Positions 29,106 to 40,009 of a stretch of DNA of 64,000 nt are shown in pieces. Both the position numbers and the translations under genes were made by a program. Source of the DNA: a virus (taxonomy: Duplodnaviria > Caudoviricetes). Where the stretch lies: IMG/VR virus record IMGVR_UViG_3300016486_001578. One strand, written 5' to 3'. The first letter of the stretch is position 1. Every line of letters begins with the position of its first letter. The notes beneath the pieces are model-generated. The model was not told where the DNA came from, did not search any database, and saw nothing but the letters and a program-made list of their open reading frames with translations.

Positions 29106-29372
29106 TCATTTATTCTTAGATTTCTCTTTCTTTTTCTCTTCTCTACGAATTCTAGAAATCTCCTTTATGAATTCTTTTATTTCGGAATCACAATCTGGTG
29201 TTGGTAAAAATCCATAACCACGCAATCTACTATACCACTTAATCTGGCCTATTGTATTTCCATCCTTAACAACATTATATACATCTGTCTTAGCTCCCTT
29301 TTTTCTAGGAAGTTTATTAAATTTTACATTTGATTTTTTCTCAAATATCTTATATGTTGTTAAATAGTTCAT
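29106..29372 (-). CDS. Hypothetical basic protein with tag
   Basis: MNYLTTYKIFE. Confidence 0.55.
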   Translation of the reverse strand: MNYLTTYKIFEKKSNVKFNKLPRKKGAKTDVYNVVKDGNTIGQIKWYSRLRGYGFLPTPDCDSEIKEFIKEISRIRREEKKKEKSKNK

Positions 29373-29377
29373 AATAT

Positions 29378-30082
29378 TTATTTTTCACCAATGAATATAA
29401 AATGATCCAAAGATTCTCCTTTAAATTTAGCATTTAATAATTCACATAATATCTCTTTTAATAACTTATCTGTTATGTTACCTGATATCTCATCACCAAA
29501 TGGTTCCTTATCTACAATTTTTGATAAATCAACCGATATTTTATCAATTAATTCTATTTTCTTATTAGAAAACTCATGATATAAATAATCTAATATGTTA
29601 TCTTTTATTAGATCAATATCTTCCTTTGAAAATATTATAACATTTTTTACCTCAGACCAAGTATCTATACTAAAGGTGTGTTTTTTCGAATCAACAACTG
29701 TAACATCGCTTAAATTTGTATCAAAATAATCAGCTAATATTTTTTCCATTTTTATATCAGCTCTTTCTATGCCATTAAAACAATCTTCTAATGAAGAAAC
29801 ACCAAAATTGTTTGATTCTAATATATTAAAAGATTCGAATTTCAATATTCCATCTTTCTCCATAGATGCTCTATCATCTATTATATCACTAAGTACAACA
29901 GATATTCCATTTATATCAGATAAATTATTTCTTAATAAAAAGTTCTCGAATCTTTTTGTTCCTTTTTTTAAATATTTTTTTAACCTAGTTGGTCTTATTT
30001 TCCATTTTTCAACATAAACATCTATTAGCTCATTTAATAAGCCATAATATTTATTTAGATCTTCTCTGTTATTAATTGACAT
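29378..30082 (-). CDS. Hypothetical protein
   Basis: 234-aa ORF; internal ILKFESF motif. Confidence 0.55.
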   Translation of the reverse strand: MSINNREDLNKYYGLLNELIDVYVEKWKIRPTRLKKYLKKGTKRFENFLLRNNLSDINGISVVLSDIIDDRASMEKDGILKFESFNILESNNFGVSSLEDCFNGIERADIKMEKILADYFDTNLSDVTVVDSKKHTFSIDTWSEVKNVIIFSKEDIDLIKDNILDYLYHEFSNKKIELIDKISVDLSKIVDKEPFGDEISGNITDKLLKEILCELLNAKFKGESLDHFIFIGEK

Positions 30083-30401
30083 TATATCTATTGTTATTTT
30101 TTCCTAATGAAAACATATCTAGAAGATTTTCTGATTCTTTTTTTCTCTCATCCCTTAGTACTTCTATTTCACCTTCTTCTAACCCATCTTCTACCATAGA
30201 ATAGTACTCTGATTCACTCAACTCTTCGATTTTACTTGATTTACAAAAATTACAACCACTTAGGTTCTCATTAAATGACTTCCACAAAGCATTACAATCA
30301 TCACAACTATAAAACATAGTTAAATCATTTTGGCTAACTATCGGTATGGGTGAGTTTTTTTTACTGAAGTCAAATTCTTCAAACATTTTAATTATTTTCA
30401 T
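30072..30401 (-). CDS. Zinc-ribbon hypothetical protein with tag (start reassigned to MKIIKMFEEF)
   Basis: CDDC...CNFC; tag at internal ATG 30401. Confidence 0.55.
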   Translation of the reverse strand: MKIIKMFEEFDFSKKNSPIPIVSQNDLTMFYSCDDCNALWKSFNENLSGCNFCKSSKIEELSESEYYSMVEDGLEEGEIEVLRDERKKESENLLDMFSLGKNNNRYNVN

Positions 30402-30483
30402 ATTCTTATATATTATTATAAACAAGTGTGTTATTTTAATATATAAAACATTCCAATTATGGATAAAAAAAATTAATTTTAAA

Positions 30484-30657
30484 ATGAAAAAAATGTTAAA
30501 AACAACAATTGTTGTTTTTGCTCTATCACTAGCTTTATATTCTTGTGATACAACAAGTGCTGATGAAGTAGTAGTAACAGATACAGTTGACACTACTTGT
30601 GTAGATGTTGATACTGTTTGTGTAACTACAGATTCACTAGTGGTAGATTCTTTATAG
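30484..30657 (+). CDS. Small lipoprotein
   Basis: MKKMLKTTIVVFALSLALYSC lipobox; D/T/V-rich tail. Confidence 0.6.
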   Translation: MKKMLKTTIVVFALSLALYSCDTTSADEVVVTDTVDTTCVDVDTVCVTTDSLVVDSL

Positions 30658-30682
30658 TAGAGAATATTATTTACTAATAAAT

Positions 30683-30720
30683 AAAAAAGTGTTATGGTTA
30701 ATAAATCATAACACTTTTTT
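30683..30720 (+). terminator. Intrinsic terminator
   Basis: AAAAAAGTGTTATG...CATAACACTTTTTT. Confidence 0.75.
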
Positions 30721-30758
30721 ATTTTTAGGTATTATTGTAATTTAATATATAAAATACA

Positions 30759-31667
30759 ATGAATTTACACCAAACTAGAACATATTATAACAATAAACCT
30801 GTTGAATTTGTCATTAAAGAAAATTATAATCTATTAGAAGACAGAGAATATGTTCCTAGGTTCTCATTAAAGAATATTAAGGAGATAGGTAATATACCAA
30901 TAAATGAGCCAATAAAATACTCTGATGCCATAATGACAAAGGCTATAAAATATGGTATGATATTTCTTTTAAATTATAAAGGAGAAAAGGATAAGCACTT
31001 TGCTGGTCACGAAAGAGTAATATACCCAATGGTATTAGGAAGATCTTCAAAAGGAAAGACGCTATTAAGAGGTTGGCATCTAAATGGTTGGTCTGTTTCA
31101 CAAAAAAGACACATTAATAAAATATGGAGACTATTCAGAACGGATAGAATATTATCAATGACATTTACTGGTTCATTTTATAGATTGCCTCCATCAGGAT
31201 ATAAAGCTGATGATAAAGGAATGAGAGGTGGTATAATAGCCAAAGCAGATTTTAATCAAATAAGAAGAAATCAACAAAATTTAGTAAAACAAAATAAAAT
31301 ACAAAATAGAGAAGAAGTGACAATGGGTGATGATAACCGAAAGTTCGCAACTATTAAAATAAAAGAAACCGATACTAAGATAGATTTGACAAAACCATTA
31401 GATAATTCATATTTTGGCAACTCAAAAGACCTAGCTTCTGTCAGAATATCATTCTGTAAGAGTGTTTATGGTACAAAATATGTTGCTATATTAGGAGCTA
31501 TGGGTCAACCAGGAAATACAATAAAAATATTAAACGAAAAAGGTGATAACCTGGGAGTATATAAGGTGTTGGATTCCACCACAGGAAATGTGTTAAAAAA
31601 TATAAAATCAGTTAAGGGAAATAAAATATATGACCTTTATGTGTTTGATGAAAAAATTCAGTTTTAA
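30759..31667 (+). CDS. WYL-like domain protein
   Basis: Y.G......ERVIYPMVLG......LRGW.......WRLFRTDRI pattern. Confidence 0.5.
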   Translation: MNLHQTRTYYNNKPVEFVIKENYNLLEDREYVPRFSLKNIKEIGNIPINEPIKYSDAIMTKAIKYGMIFLLNYKGEKDKHFAGHERVIYPMVLGRSSKGKTLLRGWHLNGWSVSQKRHINKIWRLFRTDRILSMTFTGSFYRLPPSGYKADDKGMRGGIIAKADFNQIRRNQQNLVKQNKIQNREEVTMGDDNRKFATIKIKETDTKIDLTKPLDNSYFGNSKDLASVRISFCKSVYGTKYVAILGAMGQPGNTIKILNEKGDNLGVYKVLDSTTGNVLKNIKSVKGNKIYDLYVFDEKIQF

Positions 31668-31684
31668 AAATTAATAAATAGTTT

Positions 31685-32842
31685 ATGCTTAAATATATTA
31701 AATCGATAAGAGAGGAGCTCAGGATATCAGAAACCGATGAAAAGACATTGGAGATGATGAAAAAAAACCTACTTTTTAGATTAAGTGAATATAAAGGGTC
31801 TATATTAGACAATATACACTATAACCTAAAAACGAATAAAGTAGAATATAAACACTTTAACAAGCTTGATCTAAAAGTTATGTTTAGAGAGCTATATAAT
31901 GAATTAACAGAAGATTTTGTTAAAGACTTAAATATAGAAACCTTTCTTAGAAAAGTCAATCAAGTCATGTTACTGCAAAAAAGAAACACCAAAAGTAAAG
32001 TTAGGAGGATATTCGATGATTACATAAAATCAATTGATTCTAGGATAGAACAAATAAGAACCTCACCTAAACATGATGTTTATTTTGACGAATATGATGA
32101 TGATGGGGAGAAGTCCTTACTTGGTAGAAAGAAATATGAAATTGAAAAGTATAAAATACAAGTAGAATTATTAAAACTACAAGAGTGGGTTAAGAAAAAT
32201 AATAAAAAAGTGGCTATTGTTTTTGAAGGAAGAGATGCTGCCGGCAAAGGGTCAACCATTAAAAGATTCACAGAGTATCTTAATCCAAATGGATTTAATA
32301 TCGTAGCAATGGGCATCCCAACAGAAGAAGAAAAGAATAATTGGTTTGGTAGATACGAAAAACACCTACCAAAAGAAGGTGAAATAGTTTTCTTTGATAG
32401 AAGTTGGTATAACCGAGCAGTTGTTGAACCGGCTATGGGATATTGTACAGAAGAACAATATGAAGATTTTATGAATAATGTTATTAAATGGGAAGAAGAT
32501 CTAATAAGAAAGGATGTTATTTTAATTAAATTCTGGTTCTCTATAACAAAAGATAAGCAACTACAAAGATTTAATCTTAGAAAACAATCACCATTAAAAT
32601 ATTGGAAATTCTCACCAAATGATGCTAAGGTGTTAGACAAGTGGGAAGTTATTGGAAATTTTAAATTACAGATGTTTAACAAAACTTCTAGTAAGATGTC
32701 ACCTTGGGTTATAATAAATTCAAATGATAAGAAAATAGGAAGGTTAAACGCCATGAGGTATGTTATATCTAAGATAAATTATGAAGGTAGAGATGCAGAA
32801 GTAGGTAAATTCTACAAAGAAGTTGTTAATATTTTAAGCTAA
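31685..32842 (+). CDS. ppk2: Polyphosphate kinase 2 with N-terminal extension
   Basis: FEGRDAAGKGSTIKR Walker A, FFDRSWYNRAVVE, WKFSPND. Confidence 0.92.
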   Translation: MLKYIKSIREELRISETDEKTLEMMKKNLLFRLSEYKGSILDNIHYNLKTNKVEYKHFNKLDLKVMFRELYNELTEDFVKDLNIETFLRKVNQVMLLQKRNTKSKVRRIFDDYIKSIDSRIEQIRTSPKHDVYFDEYDDDGEKSLLGRKKYEIEKYKIQVELLKLQEWVKKNNKKVAIVFEGRDAAGKGSTIKRFTEYLNPNGFNIVAMGIPTEEEKNNWFGRYEKHLPKEGEIVFFDRSWYNRAVVEPAMGYCTEEQYEDFMNNVIKWEEDLIRKDVILIKFWFSITKDKQLQRFNLRKQSPLKYWKFSPNDAKVLDKWEVIGNFKLQMFNKTSSKMSPWVIINSNDKKIGRLNAMRYVISKINYEGRDAEVGKFYKEVVNILS

Positions 32843-33371
32843 TGAAATTACATAGATATAATAAATTCATAAAAGAATCAATTGATATTGATGAGGATAA
32901 AGTTCTGGATATGATGAAAAAATCTGGATGGGGAGATTCTGTTGTTAATAACATAGAGGATTTTGAAAATAGTGATTATCATAACTCACCAAACGACACC
33001 GATGATTATTTTGTTCAATTTTCCGAATATATGGATAATTTATCAACAGGAAATATATAAAAATATATATAAAAATAAAAAGAATTATGACGAATCTAAT
33101 TAAAATAATGACACCTATATGTTTATTGCTTGTTCCTGGTTTATGGATAACACAAGGATGGACTGGTGAGCCAAACACAAAAGTTGGATTGCCTATTTTG
33201 TTTACAACACTATCATTGATAACAATATTTATGGCCATCGCTATAATAGGAACATCACCTAGACCAAAAACAAATAAAGAACCTATTAGAAATAAAATTA
33301 GGGATATGGTTGATGCTATCAGATCTAAGTTCAATATATAAACATTTTTTATATTTTAAATATAATAATAT

Positions 33372-33866
33372 ATGAACGTATATAACCAAGAGGAAATAAA
33401 TCGAATAGAAAAGGCTAGAGAAACTAATGATAGATTAGAAGATTTCTTTAAAGATAAAAGGACAAAATGGCATGATGATATACTTCCGTTATTTAAAGTT
33501 TTGGCATTAGAGTTGGATAATCCATCAAATGCTAAAAAGTTATTAGAATCACAAGCATATTCACTTACATTTAGACAAAATATAAATGATGAAATAAGCC
33601 TTTTTCTTACAAAAAGAAGCAAAGAGACAACCAAAATTAAGAAGCTAAGACAAGATAAGTTTATTTTTTACGCAACTGGTTTTGGAATTAAAACAAATCT
33701 TGGGGAAAAGGGAATTTTAATAGATGGTCATCTATCAGAGAACGATAGAGCTGTGGAATTAATTGAGTCTTATATAGAATTTTTAAGAGATACTGTTAGA
33801 AATTTAGAATCATTTGGATATTCAATTAAAAATATGATTGAGTTGATGAATTACTTAGGTAGGTAA
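33372..33866 (+). CDS. UvsY-like recombination mediator
   Basis: Helical 164-aa protein ending ..ESFGYSIKNMIEL.., similar to UvsY C-termini. Confidence 0.5.
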   Translation: MNVYNQEEINRIEKARETNDRLEDFFKDKRTKWHDDILPLFKVLALELDNPSNAKKLLESQAYSLTFRQNINDEISLFLTKRSKETTKIKKLRQDKFIFYATGFGIKTNLGEKGILIDGHLSENDRAVELIESYIEFLRDTVRNLESFGYSIKNMIELMNYLGR

Positions 33867-34168
33867 TAATTTATTCAATGCCACATATCTGTTAAATTCT
33901 TTAGTACCGGTGAATAAATTTTCATATTCTTGTGCGAAATATTCTATCGAACCAAGCGTCTTTATTTCATTTATCTTCCAATTTTCGTCTCTTCTTGGTA
34001 TATCACACTACTTAGTGCTTCATTATAGAAAGAAACCCTTGATTTAGAATTTAGTGCTTCTTCAAATTTTTCATATATAGACTTCATCATCATTTCTGAG
34101 TAATAGGCCTTATCCTTAACTACTTCTCCTGATTCATTGAATTTTTTATAATTAATTATTCTCATATG

Positions 34169-34954
34169 TTATATCAAATCTTTTGTTTTTTCAACATATA
34201 TTTCTTTAAATTCCTCATCAGGCATATCTTTATACTTTTCTCTTTTATTCATTATTGATGCCCAACCAAATCCCGTGACATATTCGGGTTCTATTCCATA
34301 TTCCAAAAGAAATGGATCTATTGTTAATTTAGATTCGTCTCCGGTTTCCCTTACTTTGTTTTCGAATTCTACTGCTAATAATTCTTCCAATTCTTCTAAC
34401 GTTTCTTGATCATCATCATCGAGTTCACCCCCCTCTAGATTTTCTCTATCTTCTTCAAAATCATCATCAAAGTTATCACCATCACCAAAGTCTTCAAAAT
34501 CATCTTCGCCAAAATTATCATCTTCATCATTAGAAATTTCAAAATCGTCCATAAATTTACCTACCTTCTGAAACTCTTCGAATAGTTTTATGTTTTTCTT
34601 CTCTGATATACCAACAACTAAATGAATATCTTTTTCGATTATATCCATTGCCTCATCGGTATCCGAAACTTTATTTTGAAAATATATTTCCTCATTTATT
34701 ACCTTAGTTAGTTCTAAGTTCTTGATATCCAACTCATATCTAATAGAATCACCATTAAATAAAAAATTAACTACTAATTCCTCATCTTTTTTATTTTCCC
34801 ACTTATACATAATATCATTACCCTCTGATGAGTTTGATATTAAATCACTCAATTCGTTCATTTTAGCATCTATGCTATCGGATGTTTCTAAGAACTCCAA
34901 TATAAACTTTTCATATCTTTTAATCATATAATATATATTAATTTCAGATGTCAA
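34169..34954 (-). CDS. Acidic hypothetical protein (likely start MIKRYEKFILE)
   Basis: ORF; tag-like motifs at the N-terminus and internally (NIKLFEEF). Confidence 0.55.
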   Translation of the reverse strand: MTSEINIYYMIKRYEKFILEFLETSDSIDAKMNELSDLISNSSEGNDIMYKWENKKDEELVVNFLFNGDSIRYELDIKNLELTKVINEEIYFQNKVSDTDEAMDIIEKDIHLVVGISEKKNIKLFEEFQKVGKFMDDFEISNDEDDNFGEDDFEDFGDGDNFDDDFEEDRENLEGGELDDDDQETLEELEELLAVEFENKVRETGDESKLTIDPFLLEYGIEPEYVTGFGWASIMNKREKYKDMPDEEFKEIYVEKTKDLI

Positions 34955-34998
34955 CTATTTGTGTTTTAATTATATCAATATTAACAATTAATTAATTT

Positions 34999-35787
34999 AT
35001 GGCAGATAAAATAAAATTCAAATTTGTTAAGGAAAATTTCGAAGATTTCACTAACAAAATAAAAGACTTAACAAGTATTAGTGATACTATAAATATGAAA
35101 ATAGATAATGATCATATTTTACTATATTCAATGATGAATGTAGGAGATAGTATTATGTTAGCCTTCAAGAACTATTTAATAAAAACATCCGATTACCTAG
35201 AGTATAAGGAAGATATAGACGTATTATATGATGTTGTTATACCAAATGCTGGTAAATTTGTTAAAAATTTAGATTTCTTAAAAAGTGAGAAAAATATATC
35301 AATGAATATAACATACAAAGCATCAAATGATGATGATTCTATTATGTCTGCTAGATATGTACAAGTTACTGGTGGTAGATTAAGGGTTAATTGGACTGGT
35401 GGAGAAAGGTATGAAGTTAGAGACATAAACAAGGGTATATTAAACCAAAGATTAGATCTAAAAAATAAGAAATGGAGTTTCGCACTAAGCAATTCACAAT
35501 TTTCGGATGTTAAGAAACTATCAAATATAAATTCAGAAAGAATAATAAATATAAATGTGGTGGATAGCGTGGTTTCATTATCAGAATCATCTGCTTGGGA
35601 TTTAGAAATTGGAGAAATAGAAACCAAATCAGCTAATTTTATTTTTAACAAAAGATTTCTTAAGTGTATAAATGCTGATGTTGAAGAAATAGAATTTAAT
35701 TTATTCGAATCCTTTATATTAATAAAAGACAAAGATAGTAATTTGATGCTCTCGTACGAACAAGACTTCGATCAGGAAGACCTATAG
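34999..35787 (+). CDS. Putative sliding clamp (gp45/PCNA-like)
   Basis: 262 aa; two-domain alternating beta/alpha pattern; near polB and uvsY-like genes. Confidence 0.45.
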   Translation: MADKIKFKFVKENFEDFTNKIKDLTSISDTINMKIDNDHILLYSMMNVGDSIMLAFKNYLIKTSDYLEYKEDIDVLYDVVIPNAGKFVKNLDFLKSEKNISMNITYKASNDDDSIMSARYVQVTGGRLRVNWTGGERYEVRDINKGILNQRLDLKNKKWSFALSNSQFSDVKKLSNINSERIININVVDSVVSLSESSAWDLEIGEIETKSANFIFNKRFLKCINADVEEIEFNLFESFILIKDKDSNLMLSYEQDFDQEDL

Positions 35788-35823
35788 ATAGGATATTTAA
35801 TTTTATTTATTAATATATATTTA

Positions 35824-36213
35824 ATGAAATATCTAACTTCTTATAAAGTATTCGAATCATATAACCTATCAACGACCAATGTTGAAAATGTTATTAGAGA
35901 GGTCGAAGATATATTATATGAGTTATCCGATTCTTCTTTTACCACAAATGTAATTGGTGATTCTGGTAATTATATAATTGGATCATTAACTAGGGAATTT
36001 ATAGAAATCCACATAAGTTGTTCAGAAGAAATAAAAACTGATATAATGCATGTTTATAAAAGGATTTGCGAATACATAGAATCGGAGGGTTATGAAAAAT
36101 CATATCACTCAGAAAATGGCCGTAAAGTGAGCAATCATATAACATCATTTAATTTTATGGAAATGAAATTAGTATCATTTAACTTCGAGAGATTAATAAA
36201 AAATAGTCACTAA
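35824..36213 (+). CDS. Hypothetical protein with tag
   Basis: MKYLTSYKVFES; TAATATATA at 35811-19. Confidence 0.55.
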   Translation: MKYLTSYKVFESYNLSTTNVENVIREVEDILYELSDSSFTTNVIGDSGNYIIGSLTREFIEIHISCSEEIKTDIMHVYKRICEYIESEGYEKSYHSENGRKVSNHITSFNFMEMKLVSFNFERLIKNSH

Positions 36214-36393
36214 TAAATAAATTACATATGAATTATAACAATATTAAACCAAGAATAATTGATGTTAAGTGTGATGAAGAAAATAATCCACCAGATTCAA
36301 TTGGAATAAATGTTTGTTTTAACCAAAGTAAGATGGTTACGTCAAATGGAGTAATAGCAAGCCATGGAACAAAAATAGATATAACTTTTTAAA

Positions 36394-36813
36394 ATGAAGA
36401 AATACAGCATATACTTACCAACATTATCTATGAGAATATCATCTATAATCAATGAATTAGATACATTGCCAGATTTGGTTTGGATTGATATAGAATTTAC
36501 TAATAAATTATATATGAGTTCAGACGCAAATGGAAAAATTTATAATCATGCTAGATCAGTAAGAATAAAATTAGATGAGAGAAAAAATGAGCTGATAATA
36601 CCAAGTAGTGAATATCTTTCAAATGAAGAAAACATAGCTATTTGTTATATAAAATCACAATTCGATGAATTGAAAAAATCTAACTTTTTATTTGGAACTG
36701 ATGATGAATATACTGGCTATATAGAGCCAAGTGAGACTATGTATACGAAAGACTTCTTAAAATATTTAAAAAAATCTAACAGAGATTTAATAATAGACGA
36801 AATTATTAATTAA
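36394..36813 (+). CDS. Hypothetical protein
   Basis: C-terminal RDLIIDEII. Confidence 0.5.
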   Translation: MKKYSIYLPTLSMRISSIINELDTLPDLVWIDIEFTNKLYMSSDANGKIYNHARSVRIKLDERKNELIIPSSEYLSNEENIAICYIKSQFDELKKSNFLFGTDDEYTGYIEPSETMYTKDFLKYLKKSNRDLIIDEIIN

Positions 36814-36831
36814 ATTTCCTTATATTTACAT

Positions 36832-37059
36832 ATGGATTATAAAAAAGGAGACAGAGTAATTTTTACAAAAATGGACAACGAAGAATATAATGGTATTTTT
36901 GGTCATGAATTTCAACTTATTAATACTGTATATGTTGTTATAGGCTCTGATAACGCTGAGTATTTCACAAATGATGTTAGATTAGATATCGAGTGGTATA
37001 GAAATGAAAGGATTAATGACTTGTTTAAGTTTATAAAAATACCAAAGTCAAGTAAATAA
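36832..37059 (+). CDS. Hypothetical protein
   Basis: RNERINDLF motif. Confidence 0.45.
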   Translation: MDYKKGDRVIFTKMDNEEYNGIFGHEFQLINTVYVVIGSDNAEYFTNDVRLDIEWYRNERINDLFKFIKIPKSSK

Positions 37060-37391
37060 TGTTAGATAAAATACTTAAAGTAAAGTTTTTAAAAAAAGAT
37101 GAGAACATTTCTCCTTTTGGAAAAGTGGTGGATGTAAAAGAGATAAATATTGAATTTGAAGGTTTGATAAAGTTAATTTTTGACGTTGAGGAAAAACACG
37201 GATTAGGAAAACTTCTACACAAAGAAGCCTTCACCGGAATTGATTATTTAGGAAATACTATTAAATTTAATTCTTATGTTCTCTGGACAGAAGAAGAAAT
37301 AATCAAATATAATTTTGATGAAAATTTAGTTCCTTTTGATACCGAGATTTTGAGAAGAAAAAGAGAAAATTATATTAATCGTATTTTATAA
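37059..37391 (+). CDS. Hypothetical protein
   Basis: C-terminal RENYINRIL. Confidence 0.5.
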   Translation: MLDKILKVKFLKKDENISPFGKVVDVKEINIEFEGLIKLIFDVEEKHGLGKLLHKEAFTGIDYLGNTIKFNSYVLWTEEEIIKYNFDENLVPFDTEILRRKRENYINRIL

Positions 37392-38034
37392 TACTGTCAG
37401 TCACATGGTTTACTTCCTTTATAAAACGAATTATAGACTCAAAGGGAATAGATTTTATGTATAAATTTAACTTAGACCACGATAGGTATTTAAGAGTTGT
37501 TTACAGGATTAAAACTATTTTTTCTCCATATTTATAAACTTCATATAGTCCACTTATTTTATTTAATTTATATTTAAATCCATTATCTTTTAATTCTTTT
37601 AAGTAGCCTTTTAACATTTTCATAAATACAAAGATATGGAATTTTTTTAATATAATTTAAATTAATACATATCTTCGTAGTATTAAAATAAAAACATGAG
37701 AAAACAAATAGAAGGTGCAAAGATAAGCAAAAAACTATTTATTTTTATCATATTCCCAATAATAATCCTTTGATTCTCCTTTTTTGAAATATATCATAAT
37801 CATTCTATGTGTTTTTTTAACGAATTCCATGACCTCTTTTGTGTTATTAAATTTGAAAATTTCACCAGTTTCTTTTGATTTAGCTTTTATATTTCTATAT
37901 TTTATCTTTTTTTCTCTTAATTTTTTAATAACTTCTTGTCTTTTTCTCTTTTTCCTTTATTCCAAGGTTCTCTTCCTAAGTTTTTTGTCTAACTTTCTCT
38001 GAGACCTCCGGATTATGCATTGGATTATTTAACT

Positions 38035-38460
38035 TTAATCTTTCTGATATTTTTTCTTTGTGGATTCCTTTAAATGCTTCCCCCAATTTGGGTGTTCTTT
38101 GCCACAAAGAGTTACACCATCACCACCATCTGATATATTAGAGAGTGTTCCTTTATTAATAGAGCTTTTCCCAATTTTTTTAATTAGATATATCTCTTTA
38201 TCATAAGCGTCTTTTTCTTTCAAATTTTCATATAGCTTAATAGCTATCGGTTCTCTATTTTCTGATATAATTTTATTTATTTTTCGATAGAAATATGTTT
38301 GCTTTTTTAGATTTGATGGATACATATGGCTCTTTATTCGATTATTTTTGCCTTTTCCTATATAAAATGGTTCGTATAAAAAACAAAATCCTAATCCATC
38401 ATAAGAGTACGAGCCTCTTTTTTCTGGATCCATAAAAACATATACATAAAATTCCTCCAT
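38035..38460 (-). CDS. GIY-YIG homing endonuclease (C-terminus probably frameshifted)
   Basis: FYVY...PFYIGKGK..RI..H...E...I.......L.N...GG.G; NUMOD3-like HPNWGKH. Confidence 0.8.
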   Translation of the reverse strand: MEEFYVYVFMDPEKRGSYSYDGLGFCFLYEPFYIGKGKNNRIKSHMYPSNLKKQTYFYRKINKIISENREPIAIKLYENLKEKDAYDKEIYLIKKIGKSSINKGTLSNISDGGDGVTLCGKEHPNWGKHLKESTKKKYQKD

Positions 38461-38536
38461 AAATTTATATATTAAATTATCATAACGCCCTACGATAAAA
38501 TATGTGAACTTTTAATAAAATTAATATATAAATCAT

Positions 38537-40009
38537 ATGACAAAAGAAGATATTAAAAAAAGAATAGCTTCATTAAGGCACAAAGCATCACAGCTAAAAA
38601 AAGACGTTGACTATTATGACGCTCTCCAAAAAGCTCTGAAATTGGTACTTAATGGAAGCTATTTTTCGCCCCCACTCTTTTATTAGGGTGGGGGCAAAAT
38701 TTACGGAGCATTTGCAACGAAATACTTTATACTATTCAATAACCATGTGGCTGGTACAATAACTGCTGAGGGTAGGGAATTAACCAGAACCATGGATAAA
38801 GATAATGAAGATTATTGGTATGACCAATGGCACTTAGATTATGAAATTCATAAAAAGCTACATATAAAAAATGTAACGGAGATAGATAAGAAAGAACCAG
38901 TTAGTATTTATGGTGATACTGATTCTATTTTTGTATCATTCAAACCTGCTATGGATCATTGTGATTGGAAAGATCAAATATTTAATACTGATTATTTATC
39001 TTCAATTGATAAGAAATTTATAATTTTAAGCAAAAGAGATGATATAGACCAAATCGCATCTAATAAATCAAATTTAATAAAAATAGTTTCTGATATTTCT
39101 AAACTAAAAGAATCATTGTCATTAGAGCATGATATTATTTTAATAGATGGTAATTTTGTTAAAAATAGAGAGTTAAATACACTAATTGATGCTGGAGAAA
39201 TAAAATCCGAAATTATTTGGAATTGGTCATATGAAGCCGATTTCATACAAGGGGTTGATAAATTTAGATTCTCTGGCTTCTTTAAAAAGATGTTAGATGA
39301 ACATGCTGCTAAATATGGTGTAGAAAATAAAGAAGATTTCGAGCTTGAAAGAATATCCGAATCTATTATAAATATAGCAAAAAAGAAATATATTCAAAAT
39401 ATAGTACATGAAGATGGCATCGATTATGATAGACTTAGTTATATTTTCCCAAAGGGAGTTGAATTAGTTAGATCATCTACGCCACCATTTGCTCGTGAAA
39501 AAATTGTTGATATTGTTAAGTATTTATTCTCTCATCCAGATACCTTTAATACAAAAGACTTATTGAAATTAGTTAAGAATCTTAGAAAAGAATTCGAATT
39601 ATCAGATGTTGATGATATAGCTTTACAATCTTCTGTTTCTAACTATAATATAAAAGTATTAAATGATAAAAAGCTACCATTAGGTTTTGTTTCTGGTGCT
39701 CACTTTGCGGTTAAATCTGCGGCACATTATAACTATCTATTGGGATTAAACAACGAGTACCAACAAAAGTATGAGTTTATAAAGTCAGGTACTAAAATTA
39801 AATACTTTGTTTGTAAAGATAAATCAATAACTGATATGTTTGCTTATATACGTGGGTCCTTTCCAATTGAGTTTGCTCCAGAGATAGATTATGATATACA
39901 ATTTGATAAATCTATTTTATCACCAATAAACTCAATTATTGAGCCTCTTGGTCTTCCTAAGATAACTGCTAGATTAAAGGTTGTTATGGATATATGGTCT
40001 GGGTTTTAG
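38537..40009 (+). CDS. Family B DNA polymerase, C-terminal subunit of a split polymerase, interrupted by a 42-nt insert
   Basis: ATG 38537 is in frame with ORF 38747; QKALKLVLNGS|YGAF motif B, YGDTDS motif C, KKKY, KGVELVRSSTP. Confidence 0.85.
38660..38701 (+). other. 42-nt hairpin insert with in-frame TAG inside polymerase motif B
   Basis: GCCCCCACTCT(38668-78)-TTTATT-AGGGTGGGGGC(38685-95); flanked by TAT and TAC Tyr codons. Confidence 0.8.

Noticed and set aside
32080-32754. Long antisense ORFs (also 35193-35732, 60046-60612, 61414-61944, 12524-12916)
   Set aside because: Shadows of well-supported genes on the opposite strand, with F/L/S/I-rich composition and no motifs
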